The notes beneath the pieces were generated by a model. That model worked only from the letters and a program-made list of their open reading frames with translations, was not told the DNA's origin and made no database searches. Shown here one piece after another: positions 8,829 through 19,129 of a stretch of DNA of 64,000 bases. The position numbers and the translations under genes were made by a program. Source of the stretch: a bacterium (lineage in GTDB: Bacteria; UBA8248); the NCBI GenBank assembly GCA_965221165.1, contig CBDCRP010000003.1, positions 1,472,001-1,536,000 on the forward strand, read 5' to 3'. Each line of letters opens with the position of its first letter. Position 1 is the stretch's first letter.

Positions 8829-10682
8829 TCATTCAGCGGCGCGCAGACGAGGGGCCAGCCACAGTCCCCACCCCGCAAGGATGAGCAGCCCCGTGAACGC
8901 GGCAGCCCATGCGGCCCCGCCGGTTGGGAACAGAATGACGGCCACGGCGACGACCCCGTAGAGCGCGCGCTCGGGGAGACGCAGGGAGCCTTTCAGGTAT
9001 CCGCTGAGCGCGACCGCCCAGGCGCCCGTCGCGCCGAAGAGCGAAACGCACGCCAGGACGACCCAGCCCGGATCGCCCTGCCCCAACAATCTCGGGTCGA
9101 ACGCGAAGGCGAAGGGGATCAGGAACGAGACGAGGCTCAAGCGGAAGGCGATGAGGCTCGTCTCCATCGACCCTGCACCCGAAATTCCCGCCGCCGTGAA
9201 CGACGCCAGCGCCACCGGCGGCGTGACCATCGAGAGCACGCAGTAATACATGACGAAGAAATGGGCGGGAAGCTCGGCTATGCCTAAATCCTTGAGCGCA
9301 GGCACGAAGAGGATGGCGCCGATGATGTAGGCGGCTACCGTCGGCAGGCCCATGCCCATGATGAGGCACCCGAGGATGATGAGGAACATGGCGAGAAACA
9401 GCTTGCCGCCCGATGCGCCGATGAGCCCGGAGGAGAACTTGAGCGCCAGGTTCGACTGGATGGCGACGGCGATGATGATGCCGATGGCGGCGATGGGCAC
9501 GGCGATTTCCGCGGCCTGTCGCGCGCCGCTGCGCACCACTTCGAACCATCCGGAAACGTTAAGCCAGCTCCGGCGGCGAAGATAGGCGACCACCACGCAC
9601 GAGGCCGTGCCGATGACGGCGGCGTATGTGGCCGAAAAACCCGCGACCAGCATGGCGATCAGCACCAGCGGCGGCAGGAGCAGGTACAGCCTGCCCGCGA
9701 TGGGTTCCTCGGGCGTCAGCTCACTCGCCTCGAGCGCGAGCGCTCCCTCGGCCCGGGCGCGCAGGTCGATGAAGATGAATATGGCGGTGTAGAACGCCAG
9801 CGCCGGGATAAGCCCGGCTGCTGCGATGCGCGCGTAGGATATCTGCAACAACTCCGCCATCACGAACGCGGCGATGCCCATGATGGGCGGCATGAGCTGG
9901 CCGCCGGTGGAAGCGATGGCCTCCACGGCGCCCGCGTGCGCCGGTCCGTAGCCGGTCTTTCTCATCAGCGGGATGGTGAAAACGCCCGTCGTCGCCACGT
10001 TCGCCACCGCGCTGCCGCTGATCGAACCCATCAGGCTCGAACTCACGACGGCGGCCTTCGCAGCGCCTCCGGCGAAGCGGCCCGCCACCTTGAGCGCGAG
10101 GTCGATGAACAACTGCCCGCCGCCTATGCCTGCGTAGACCGCTCCGAAGAGAACGAAATAGAAGACGAACTGAAGCGAAGTCGCCGTCGTGATCCCCAGC
10201 ACGCCGTTGGTCGTCATGGTCATGATCTCGACCACTTCGTCGATCGTGAACCCCCTAAAACCGAATGCGCCGGGAAGGAACTTGCCGATGAACGCATAGG
10301 CGAAAAAAACGAGCAAAACGCCCAGGAGCGGCCAGCCCACCGTGCGGCGCACGCCCTCGAACAGCAGCACCATGATGAGCGCAAAAGCCGCCACGTCGAT
10401 GCCGAGCACCGGGTCGATGGTTTCCATGCGTTCGGTGAGCCGGGTCGATGAAAGGGCGTAATACGCAAAGACGGCCAGCGTCCCGGCCAGCAGCAGGGCG
10501 TCCGCCAGGCGGGCGCGCCACGCCTGAGCGCCTCCCGCGCCGAGCAGATTAAAGAGAAGAACGAGCGCCAGCGCGAGAAGCAGGTGGAGGGGCCGCTCGA
10601 CCAGCGGCGCCTGGGGGTAGAAGACGATCCACATCTGGAACGCCAGCCAGAGGGCGCCGATAGCGAGCGTGACCATGCGCAT
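8829..10682 (-). CDS. TRAP transporter fused permease (4TM/12TM, TAXI-associated)
   Basis: GGAAKAAV, SGSAVANVATTG, ASTGGQLMPPIMG, GMGLPT, TPPVALA. Confidence 0.92.
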   Translation of the reverse strand: MRMVTLAIGALWLAFQMWIVFYPQAPLVERPLHLLLALALVLLFNLLGAGGAQAWRARLADALLLAGTLAVFAYYALSSTRLTERMETIDPVLGIDVAAFALIMVLLFEGVRRTVGWPLLGVLLVFFAYAFIGKFLPGAFGFRGFTIDEVVEIMTMTTNGVLGITTATSLQFVFYFVLFGAVYAGIGGGQLFIDLALKVAGRFAGGAAKAAVVSSSLMGSISGSAVANVATTGVFTIPLMRKTGYGPAHAGAVEAIASTGGQLMPPIMGIAAFVMAELLQISYARIAAAGLIPALAFYTAIFIFIDLRARAEGALALEASELTPEEPIAGRLYLLLPPLVLIAMLVAGFSATYAAVIGTASCVVVAYLRRRSWLNVSGWFEVVRSGARQAAEIAVPIAAIGIIIAVAIQSNLALKFSSGLIGASGGKLFLAMFLIILGCLIMGMGLPTVAAYIIGAILFVPALKDLGIAELPAHFFVMYYCVLSMVTPPVALASFTAAGISGAGSMETSLIAFRLSLVSFLIPFAFAFDPRLLGQGDPGWVVLACVSLFGATGAWAVALSGYLKGSLRLPERALYGVVAVAVILFPTGGAAWAAAFTGLLILAGWGLWLAPRLRAAE

Positions 10683-10757
10683 GGTTCATGAAACCCCGCT
10701 GCGAGGAAACGGGGCGGAGGACGAAACTCGCCGCCCCCCCGCCCCGCCGTGGTCGGT

Positions 10758-11771
10758 CTACAGCCAGCCTTTTTCCTTGAAATACTTCGCGGCGCCCGGA
10801 TGCAGCGGCACCCCGACGCTCGCCGGCTTGCCGCCGTTTTTGGGCTTGAAGAATCTCCAGGCCGCGTGGGCCTTGCCCATGGCTTTCTTGTTCTCGGCCA
10901 GCGTTTTCGTGATGATGTAGGCGAGTGAATCCGGCATGTCCTTGTGCGCGATGAGCACGGTGCCGAGGTCGACGGCCAACACCTTTCCCTTGATGCCCTT
11001 GAACCACTTGCCCGGCACGGCCGCCGTCCTCAAACCCTGGGCGGCGAGCGCCTTGAGCGCCTTGGCGGGAAAGCCCAGGAAGCGCATCGCGTTGGTGGTC
11101 GTGACCTCCGTCACCGTCGGGTGCCTGGGGATGGCGACCTCGAAGTAAAGATCCGCGCGGCCGTCCTTGATGATGGCCGGAATCTGGTTGGCCGCGACCT
11201 GGATGATCCTGCCGCCCCGGGCCTTGATGTCCTTGCGGCTCGTTCCCAGCGCAGCCATGAGCATGTCGGCGACGACGGGGACCGTGCTGCCCGCCGGCTT
11301 CATGACGATGCGCGCGGGCGGCTTGGAGAGCAGCGCTTTTTCGAGCGTGTCGTTGCCCGTTCGCTTGATGTAGCTCTCCGTCACCATGGCGGTGACGCGT
11401 ACCTTGTTCAGCCCGCCGATGAGCGCGCGGATGCCATCGTGCTTTTGCTTGTAGACGCCCTTTAAGCCGTTGTAGGCCCAAAGCGCCGAGGCGACGTTCG
11501 AAAGCGCGATGGTCGCCTTTTTCTTGTCCACGGCGGCGGGATTGCTGACGCCTCCGCCGCGCGCGATGACCTCGGGATTACTGCCCTTGGGCAGGCCGGG
11601 CTCCAGCAGTTGCGCCAGCGTGGCGCCGAAGACGTACCAGGCCGAACCGGGCCGCATCGCGCCGATGCTGAACGGATCGGCGGCGTATGCCGCCGGAGCG
11701 GCGACCAGGGTCGACGCAGCCAGCAGAAGGGCGGCCATCAGGCCCTTGAAGCGTATTCTCTTCTTGAGCAT
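10758..11771 (-). CDS. TAXI family TRAP solute-binding protein
   Basis: Signal peptide, GGGVSN, PLHPGAAKYFKEKG C-terminus. Confidence 0.9.
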   Translation of the reverse strand: MLKKRIRFKGLMAALLLAASTLVAAPAAYAADPFSIGAMRPGSAWYVFGATLAQLLEPGLPKGSNPEVIARGGGVSNPAAVDKKKATIALSNVASALWAYNGLKGVYKQKHDGIRALIGGLNKVRVTAMVTESYIKRTGNDTLEKALLSKPPARIVMKPAGSTVPVVADMLMAALGTSRKDIKARGGRIIQVAANQIPAIIKDGRADLYFEVAIPRHPTVTEVTTTNAMRFLGFPAKALKALAAQGLRTAAVPGKWFKGIKGKVLAVDLGTVLIAHKDMPDSLAYIITKTLAENKKAMGKAHAAWRFFKPKNGGKPASVGVPLHPGAAKYFKEKGWL

Positions 11772-11813
11772 GGGTTTTCTCTCCCTTGTTTGGTTTCCCC
11801 TACGAAACAACCA

Positions 11814-12767
11814 CTATCCGGCTGTCGCGGTTTCGAGTTCCAGCAGGCCCGATTGCTCCACGGCTCTTTTGATCGCCTCGAACGTGCGTCCCTTGGCGAC
11901 CTCGCTCGGGGGCCGCACGGCGGGCGACTTGAAGCGCCCGGCGAGCACCATGGCCGTCTTCATGCGCGCGTGGGCCTCGCCCGAGGGTTCGCCGCTCGAA
12001 TAGACGACTTCCTTGAGCGTCAGAATACGGGCCTGTATCTCCTGCGCGCGGTGCAGGTCACCCGCCTTTACGGCCTCATAGAGCGCTGTGATGAGGTCGG
12101 GGATGAACGAGGCGAACCCGACGAGCGCGCCGTCCACGCCCTGCACCATCGAGGCGAGGAGATATTCGTCGTGACAGGTGAGAATCGTCGTATCGGGCGC
12201 GTTCTCGCGGATGGAGGCGATGTCGCGCGCATATTGCGACATCTCGCGCGTGCCGACCTTGAAGCAGGTGACCCACGGAATCTGGCCGATCTCGCCCAGA
12301 AGCTCCGAGCCGTAGCTCGCCTTCGTCCACGCCGGATACACATGCACCACCAAGTTCAGGTCGACCGCCTCGCCTATGGCCGTGAAGTAGTCGATGACGT
12401 GTGAGGGGCGATACCCGAAGCGCAGCCAGTGATGAAACGGCATCACGAGCAGCCCGTCGGCCCCGGCATCCCTGGCCATCTCGGCTTGTTCTATGCCGTC
12501 GCGAACGCCCTCGCAAGCAAGGCCCGAAATGACCGGCACGCTCCCGCCGACGGCATCGGCGACGATTCTCGTCACCTCGGCGCGCTCACGCGCGGTGAGT
12601 GAGAACACCTCGCCCGTGTGGCCGTTGGTGACGAGCCCGTTTATTCCCTCGAATCCGGCCAGCCACCCCGAGAAGCGGCGAAGCTCGCCCTCGTCGATAT
12701 CCATGTTGTCCCGCATGGGAACCTGCATCGCGGGCAGGATGCCCGAATAGCTTCTGCGTTCCACCAT
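11814..12767 (-). CDS. DapA/NAL-family class I aldolase/dehydratase
   Basis: GILPA..P, NGHTGE, Schiff-base Lys in CFKVG, GVDGALVG. Confidence 0.85.
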   Translation of the reverse strand: MVERRSYSGILPAMQVPMRDNMDIDEGELRRFSGWLAGFEGINGLVTNGHTGEVFSLTARERAEVTRIVADAVGGSVPVISGLACEGVRDGIEQAEMARDAGADGLLVMPFHHWLRFGYRPSHVIDYFTAIGEAVDLNLVVHVYPAWTKASYGSELLGEIGQIPWVTCFKVGTREMSQYARDIASIRENAPDTTILTCHDEYLLASMVQGVDGALVGFASFIPDLITALYEAVKAGDLHRAQEIQARILTLKEVVYSSGEPSGEAHARMKTAMVLAGRFKSPAVRPPSEVAKGRTFEAIKRAVEQSGLLELETATAG

Positions 12768-13038
12768 ACCTTGATCTCCTTCTTGGCGCGTTTCAGCCGC
12801 CGGATCGTGCGGCTTCTGAAGCGGAAAATTTCAGTACCGGGGCAATAAACTGTGGCAGTGGATAATTGTAACGAAACGACTCCTAAATGCAATTCACGAT
12901 TCCGAACGCCGCTTCATCCGGAAAAGAGGAATTTCTAACGACCGCTCCCTATGAGATGCGCCATCAATCACCTTTCGTGAACAGGGATTCATCTCACCGG
13001 ATAAAATGAAAATTCCCAGGACTGAATGGTTTTGCGTA

Positions 13039-14934
13039 TTACACGGATTCATCTCGTTCGACCCGACGCCGGCCAGGCCATTTCTGGGCGACCACTACGC
13101 CCGCCAGACCCAGGAACCCCAATACGCGCAGAAGCGGCGAAGGCGTGAAGAGTAACACGGCGGACACCGACAACAGCAGCCGGAGCACCAGCGAGACGGG
13201 CGCCAGTAAAAACCCCTGCAATGCACCGACCATGGCCAGGAAGCCCAAGGTGACGCTCACGGCCGTGAGCAGCATGGGCCAGAAGTCGCCCACGTCCAGG
13301 AGGTTCGTGTAGGCGAAAAGGAAGGGCGTGATGAGGAGCGCGAGCGACATCCGCAGCGCCGCGTACGCCGTCTGGTTGACGTCCGATTGCGCGATGCCCG
13401 CCGCCGCAAAGGCGGCCAGCGCGACCGGCGGGGTGACGCCCGAGGTGAGGATGAACCAGAAGACGATGAGGTGAGAGGCCAGAAGCGGCACATCGAGTTG
13501 TTGAAGAGCGGGCACGGCGATTACGGAGACCACGACGTAGGCGGCGACCACCGTCATGCCCATGCCCAGGATATAACAGACGACGCCCACGAGCGTGAGG
13601 GTCAGTATCAGGGAGCCGCCGGTGGCGTTGATGATGAAATCGCTGAACTTGATCCCCAATCCGGTCAACATGATGGCGCCGATCATCAGGCCCACCACGC
13701 CCGCCGTGGCGCCCACCACCAGGGAATTCCGCGCTCCCAGCACGAGGGCGTCCAAAAGACGCCGGGGCGTCAGGCGCGTCTCCCGCCGCAGGAAACTCAC
13801 CACGACGATGGAATAGATGGCCACCACGGCCGCGAGGTTGGGAGAATGCCCCTGCAAGAGTACGAAAACCATGAAGAAGGCCGGCAGGAGAAGGTGACCT
13901 CCACTCTTGAGAACGCTCGTCAAGGCCGGCACCTCGTCGGCCGGAACCAGGCGGATTCCCTCCTTGGTCGCCTCGATATGAACGAAGAAGAGGACAGACA
14001 GGAAATAGATGACGGCGGGGACGGCGGCGACCGCGATGACGTTGACGTAGGGGATCTCCGTGATGGCGGCGATGATGAACGCGGCCGCTCCCATGATCGG
14101 CGGCATGAACTGGCCTCCCGTGGATGCGGCCGCCTCCACCGCGCCGGCGATGTGGGGCCGGTAGCCCGTACGCTTCATCAGGGGGATGGTGAAAGACCCC
14201 GTGGCCACCACGTTGGCGACGCCGCTGCCCATCATGGAACCCACGAAGCCGCTGGAGATGACCGCCACCTTGGCCGGACCGCCACGGCTGCGGCCCGCCA
14301 GGGCGTTGGCGAACTGAACCAGGAAGTTTCCGCCGCCGGCCTCCTCCAGGAAGGCGGCGAAGGCGATGAACAAGAATACATAGGACGCATAGGCGTTGAT
14401 AACGACGCCGAAGACCGCCACCTCCGAAGCCATGAACTCCAGGATGCGCTGCGCGCTGAATCCCTTGTGGGCGAAGACGGTGTCCGGGAGCCAGGGTCCC
14501 ACGTAGGCGTAGACGATGAAGATCAGCGCCAGGATCGGCAACACCTTTCCCAGCACCCTTCTGCCCATTTCCAGGGAAACGACGATCAGCATGCCGCCGA
14601 TGACCATGTCCATCGCCGTGGGCTCGCCCATGCGTTCCGCGCGGTAGGGCGTGTCCCAGATCCAGTAGCCGGCGGCGAAGACCGTCAGCACGATCAAGAG
14701 CCAATCGACGGCGCTGGGCCGGGACTGCGGAGAGGAGTCGCCCGCCGGGTAAAGGAGGAAGAGAAGGATGCCGGTGAAGATCAGATAGAACCCCCGGTGG
14801 CTGTGCGTCGAGAAAATCCCAAAGGTTCCCGTGTAGATGTAGAAAAGGGAGAAAACGACGGCGACGGCCATCACCATGTAACGCAGTGACCCCTCGAGTC
14901 GCCTCGTCTGAGGCAGCCCCGTTTTGCGAGCCAT
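13039..14934 (-). CDS. TRAP transporter fused permease (4TM/12TM)
   Basis: GGPAKVAV, GSGVANVVATG, ASTGGQFMPPIMG, TPPVALAA. Confidence 0.92.
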   Translation of the reverse strand: MARKTGLPQTRRLEGSLRYMVMAVAVVFSLFYIYTGTFGIFSTHSHRGFYLIFTGILLFLLYPAGDSSPQSRPSAVDWLLIVLTVFAAGYWIWDTPYRAERMGEPTAMDMVIGGMLIVVSLEMGRRVLGKVLPILALIFIVYAYVGPWLPDTVFAHKGFSAQRILEFMASEVAVFGVVINAYASYVFLFIAFAAFLEEAGGGNFLVQFANALAGRSRGGPAKVAVISSGFVGSMMGSGVANVVATGSFTIPLMKRTGYRPHIAGAVEAAASTGGQFMPPIMGAAAFIIAAITEIPYVNVIAVAAVPAVIYFLSVLFFVHIEATKEGIRLVPADEVPALTSVLKSGGHLLLPAFFMVFVLLQGHSPNLAAVVAIYSIVVVSFLRRETRLTPRRLLDALVLGARNSLVVGATAGVVGLMIGAIMLTGLGIKFSDFIINATGGSLILTLTLVGVVCYILGMGMTVVAAYVVVSVIAVPALQQLDVPLLASHLIVFWFILTSGVTPPVALAAFAAAGIAQSDVNQTAYAALRMSLALLITPFLFAYTNLLDVGDFWPMLLTAVSVTLGFLAMVGALQGFLLAPVSLVLRLLLSVSAVLLFTPSPLLRVLGFLGLAGVVVAQKWPGRRRVERDESV

Positions 14935-14959
14935 GAAATTACTCCTCGGCGAAGGGGAA

Positions 14960-15000
14960 CCCGGGTCGCGCGGTCAACGGGCGACGCCGCGCGACCCGGG
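14960..15000. other. Perfect 14-bp GC hairpin between TAXI and permease genes
   Basis: CCCGGGTCGCGCGG (14960-14973) / CCGCGCGACCCGGG (14987-15000), no U-tract; mRNA-stabilising role is inference. Confidence 0.6.
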
Positions 15001-15021
15001 CGAAACTCCCGGCTTTGAGAT

Positions 15022-16023
15022 TTACTTCATGCCCTTCTCACGCCAGTACCTGGCAGCTCCCGGATGCATGGGCAGACCGGACTTGCGCGACTCTACGACT
15101 CCGTTGTCCACCCCTCGCATCAGCCTGTGGATCTTGGGCAGCACCTTCTTGATCCGGGGAGTGAATACGGTTTTGACGATGTCGTAGGCGATCTTCTCGG
15201 GAACGCGTTTGTTAATCACCCAGAAAACCGTGTTCCAAATCGTAGGATAAGGCTCCTTGACGGTCTTGAACACCTTTGTCGGATCGTAGGTGCCGGGCCA
15301 GAATCCGGCATACGTCTTGATGAACAGCTTGCGCTGGGCCTCGCTCATGCGCACGAGGCGAAGGGGCCGCTGCGCATCCAGGGAAAGGGTCCAGGCCGAG
15401 TGCAATCCGTTCTGGGCCGCGGCGTCGAGGCGGCCGTCGATCATGGCGGTAGTCTCATCGGCGTAGGTCAGATACTTGACCGCCTTTATCTTTTTCATCA
15501 GGCCGAAGGCTTCCAGAGCCATCTTGAAGTTCTTGATGCTCCCACTGCCGGCCGGGCCGCCGGCGATGGTCTTGCCGGCCAAATCGTCGAACGTCTTGAT
15601 GCCGGAACTCTTCAGCGCGAGCACCCCGAACGGGCTGTCGTAGAATTTCATGAGCACCCGAACGTCCTTGGCCGGCTTCTTGCCCTTGAAGGATCTGACC
15701 CCGAGATACGCCTCCGCCATGGTCGGCGCGTGAGCGATGGCCATATCCAGATCCCCCGTGGCCATGCGGCGCACGTTCTCCACGTCGCCCTGGGTGGACT
15801 CCGCCACCACGTTGAGAGGTTTGATCTCCCGGGTCAGGATGGGCGACAAACCGCCCGCCATGTAGAACCACCCGCCGCCGGGCCGACTGCCCGCGAAGTT
15901 GAGATACACCTTGGCGGCTTCGACCGGGGCGGAATTCAAAAGGACGCCTACCAGGGACATAGTCACCAGGCCTGTAAGGACGGCTCCACGAACGTGGAGG
16001 AAACGCCAGAGTCTGTTACGCAT
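15022..16023 (-). CDS. TAXI family TRAP solute-binding protein
   Basis: GGGWF, STQGDVEN, GPAGSG, PMHPGAARYWREKG; AGGAGG SD. Confidence 0.9.
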   Translation of the reverse strand: MRNRLWRFLHVRGAVLTGLVTMSLVGVLLNSAPVEAAKVYLNFAGSRPGGGWFYMAGGLSPILTREIKPLNVVAESTQGDVENVRRMATGDLDMAIAHAPTMAEAYLGVRSFKGKKPAKDVRVLMKFYDSPFGVLALKSSGIKTFDDLAGKTIAGGPAGSGSIKNFKMALEAFGLMKKIKAVKYLTYADETTAMIDGRLDAAAQNGLHSAWTLSLDAQRPLRLVRMSEAQRKLFIKTYAGFWPGTYDPTKVFKTVKEPYPTIWNTVFWVINKRVPEKIAYDIVKTVFTPRIKKVLPKIHRLMRGVDNGVVESRKSGLPMHPGAARYWREKGMK

Positions 16024-16570
16024 GATCCGTACCTCCTTTGGGGGATGGAAAGAACGACCGGCAAGCGGTTTTAGCCGCCACTCGACCGGATGAAACGCCA
16101 TGAAACGACGCCGGGGAGTCGGAGACGGCGATCACCCCGACGGCGAGGCCACCCTTGCCCCCCGGCGCTAAAAGGTTCGTGAAGCTCTCTTGTGCGGCGG
16201 TGCGCACCAGCTTGGAGAGGTATTTGAAGGCAGGTTTCCGCCCGGGTTTTTCGGGGTGGATTTCGTATTCATCACCGGCGCGGACCGCCAGAGAAAACCA
16301 CGCACCTTTCGCGCCCATCGATAACCCCTCATTGCTTGAGGAAAGAAGATGGAGCATGGATAGCAGTGAATGTATGACCAAAATAGTAAGATATAGAAGT
16401 TTATCGCGCAAGCGCGCGTTCATCCTTTGCGGGCCGTGTCGGCAGCCCGCATTCCAGCAACCATTCAACTTTTCATATTTACACCCGGGTGCTAGGCTTT
16501 TGAAATTAAGCGAACAATCAGCAATGACCCTTTCGGGGCGACGAACTCCATTGGCGAAAGGAGGCTTTGC

Positions 16571-17554
16571 GTGGGCTCCCCCGTAGCTGTAGTGGGCGCC
16601 GGCATGATGGGCCACGGCATAGCCCTTCACTGCGCAATCGCAGGCGCAAGCGTCACCCTGACGGACCGGGATCCGGCTCGACTCGAATCCGCCTTAAAGT
16701 GGATGGAGGGCGACCTGCGCATTCTACGAGAACACGGCCTGGCTCCTTCCGAGAGCCCGTCTCCACTTGCCGAGCGCCTATCTCTCGTAGCGAGCGTCGA
16801 GGAAGCGGCGGCGGAGGCCCGGTTCGTCTTCGAGGCGGTATATGAAGATTTGGACGCCAAACAAGGCGTCTTTCGAGTTCTGGATGAGCACGCCTCACCC
16901 CAAGCCGTGCTCGCCACGACCACCTCATCGCTCCGCGTGGCGGACATCGCCACGGCAGTTGCCGATCCCGGCCGCGTGCTCGGCGCCCACTGGGCGAACC
17001 CCCCGCACATTCTCCCGCTCGTGGAAGTGGTTCTCGGCCCTGCTACGAGCGAGGAGACCCATATCGCGCTCCTTGCTTTCCTGAAGAAAATCGGCAAGGC
17101 CCCCGTCTCCTGCCGGGACGTCCCCGGCTACATCGTCAACCGCCTGCAGTACGCCATGCTGAACGAAGCCGTCAGCCTGGTGGAGCGAGGACTCACCACT
17201 CCCGAAGACGTGGACGAGGCCGTCCGGCACGGCTTCGGAATCCGCCTGGCCTGCAAGGGGCCGTTCGAATGGAACGATCTCCTCCACGACGCCGACATCA
17301 CGCTGAACGTTTTCGAGAACCTCTACAAGGCCGAAGGCGACGCCAAGTTCAAGCCCTCCCCCTGGTTGTTGGAGCGACTCGAACGAGGCGAACTGGGGCT
17401 CTCCACTGGAAAGGGGTGGCGCGACTATGGAGGACGCTCGCGAGAGGAACTCATTCAGGAAAGGGATACGGTGGTTCTGCGAGCGGTCCGGGCCTTACAA
17501 GAGTTGGGGATCATCCAGGGCGCGTCCACGGGCCGGACGGATCAACCATCCTAG
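16571..17554 (+). CDS. 3-hydroxyacyl-CoA dehydrogenase family protein
   Basis: VVGAGMMGHGIA, EAVYE, TSS, HWANPP..LVEVV, PGYIVNRL. Confidence 0.9.
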   Translation: MGSPVAVVGAGMMGHGIALHCAIAGASVTLTDRDPARLESALKWMEGDLRILREHGLAPSESPSPLAERLSLVASVEEAAAEARFVFEAVYEDLDAKQGVFRVLDEHASPQAVLATTTSSLRVADIATAVADPGRVLGAHWANPPHILPLVEVVLGPATSEETHIALLAFLKKIGKAPVSCRDVPGYIVNRLQYAMLNEAVSLVERGLTTPEDVDEAVRHGFGIRLACKGPFEWNDLLHDADITLNVFENLYKAEGDAKFKPSPWLLERLERGELGLSTGKGWRDYGGRSREELIQERDTVVLRAVRALQELGIIQGASTGRTDQPS

Positions 17555-17590
17555 AAACGTCCAGCAACGCCATGTTTTTTATCGATCGCC

Positions 17591-19129
17591 TCATCCGGCA
17601 TCCTCATCCTCGATGAGGCACACCTCCGGCGCCAGCCCCATGAGAGAGGCCAGCGCCTCGAAACGGCGCAAGACGACTTCGCCCAGCATGTTGCGGTCGC
17701 GGCGGCGGCAATTCAGCCTCAACTCGCTCCGGCGCGGCGCGGATTTGAGCGAAAAGCGCTCCAGCACCCCGGGCACGCCACCACACAAAGTCTCGCCCAG
17801 GCGCACGGCCGAGCCGATGATTCGCGCGCGCCCGGCGGTCTGCTCGTCCAGCAGCCTCTCGACGGTGCGCAATTCGCCGTGGGTCCCGCGGCTCGTATAG
17901 CGACCGAAAACGGCCAGGGCGAGAAACACCCGCTCCTGGTGGCTGACGTGTAAGGCGCGCGCATGCAGCACCTCGGCGCCGGCCTGGGCGGCCCGGTAGT
18001 CGGGGTGCGCCCGCCAGCCGACGTCGCTGAGCAGGCAGGCGGCATGGCGCAACCGGCGCTCCGGCGCAGTCTCTTCATCAAAGAGATTTTGCGTCCACTC
18101 GAACAGTTCGGGGCCGTGTTCGGGAAACCGGGCGATTCGGGCGGAGATGTCGCGCACCGCGCTGAGCAGCGGATCCTTACGTCGGTGGCGCTCCCCCAGC
18201 CGCTCGTAAGCCAGCCCCTCGCGCAAACCATGCGCGGAGAAAACGACGTCGCGCGGCTCGGCGGCGCTCAGCACCCGATCCATCACCAGCGCGGCGAGCG
18301 GCAACAAATCGAGCCGCCTGCTCGATACACCCCTGATCCCCGTCAACGACTCGCGGCTCTGCCGGGCGACCAGACCGGCGATTTTCGTGAGATCGCCGCA
18401 GCGCAACCGATAATGGTGAATGATGTTGAGCGGATAACCCGAATGCGCCATATGGGCGTGCGCCAGGGCCCGCCAGTTGCCGCCGACGGCGTAGAAGGCG
18501 CGCCCGCGCATCTTGCCGAGCCAGGGCAGTTCGGCGAGGGCCTCGTCGACGACCTTGCGCGCGAGCTTGCGCCTGCCGCCCGAGGCGGCGAAGAGATTGA
18601 GCGGTCCGAGAGGCAGCGTCGCCTGCTCTGCGATTTCCCCATCGACCAGATGGACCAATTCCAAGCTGCCGCCCCCGAGGTCGCCCATGACGCCGTCCGC
18701 CTCAGGGCTACCGCTCAACACGCCGAGGGCCGCCATCTCCGCTTCTTCGGCGCCCGAGAGCACGCGCACGCGAAAACCGCAGCGCCGCTCCACCTCGGCG
18801 ACGAACTCAGCCCCATCCTCGGCGTCTCGCACAGCCGCGGTGGCGATGGCGTCGAAGCGCGCCACGCCCATCGCGCGCAGCAACACCCCGAAGCGATCGA
18901 GATTGACGAGCGCCTGATCGATGCCTTCCGGATCGAGCCGGCCGGTGTCGTGCAGGTTGCGGCCCAGGCCGCACAAGATTCTTTCGTTGAACAAGGGCAG
19001 GGGTACGCGCCTAAGGCCCTCGAACACGACAAGGCGGATCGAGTTCGAACCAATGTCGATGACGCCGTAGCGCTCCCCGGCGTCGGTCCCCTCTTCCAAA
19101 GGACCCGGTTGTTCAGCCGTCTTCCGCAA
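17591..19129 (-). CDS. ppx: Exopolyphosphatase Ppx/GppA
   Basis: [30 protein letters not shown]; overlaps ppk1 stop. Confidence 0.92.
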   Translation of the reverse strand: MRKTAEQPGPLEEGTDAGERYGVIDIGSNSIRLVVFEGLRRVPLPLFNERILCGLGRNLHDTGRLDPEGIDQALVNLDRFGVLLRAMGVARFDAIATAAVRDAEDGAEFVAEVERRCGFRVRVLSGAEEAEMAALGVLSGSPEADGVMGDLGGGSLELVHLVDGEIAEQATLPLGPLNLFAASGGRRKLARKVVDEALAELPWLGKMRGRAFYAVGGNWRALAHAHMAHSGYPLNIIHHYRLRCGDLTKIAGLVARQSRESLTGIRGVSSRRLDLLPLAALVMDRVLSAAEPRDVVFSAHGLREGLAYERLGERHRRKDPLLSAVRDISARIARFPEHGPELFEWTQNLFDEETAPERRLRHAACLLSDVGWRAHPDYRAAQAGAEVLHARALHVSHQERVFLALAVFGRYTSRGTHGELRTVERLLDEQTAGRARIIGSAVRLGETLCGGVPGVLERFSLKSAPRRSELRLNCRRRDRNMLGEVVLRRFEALASLMGLAPEVCLIEDEDAG

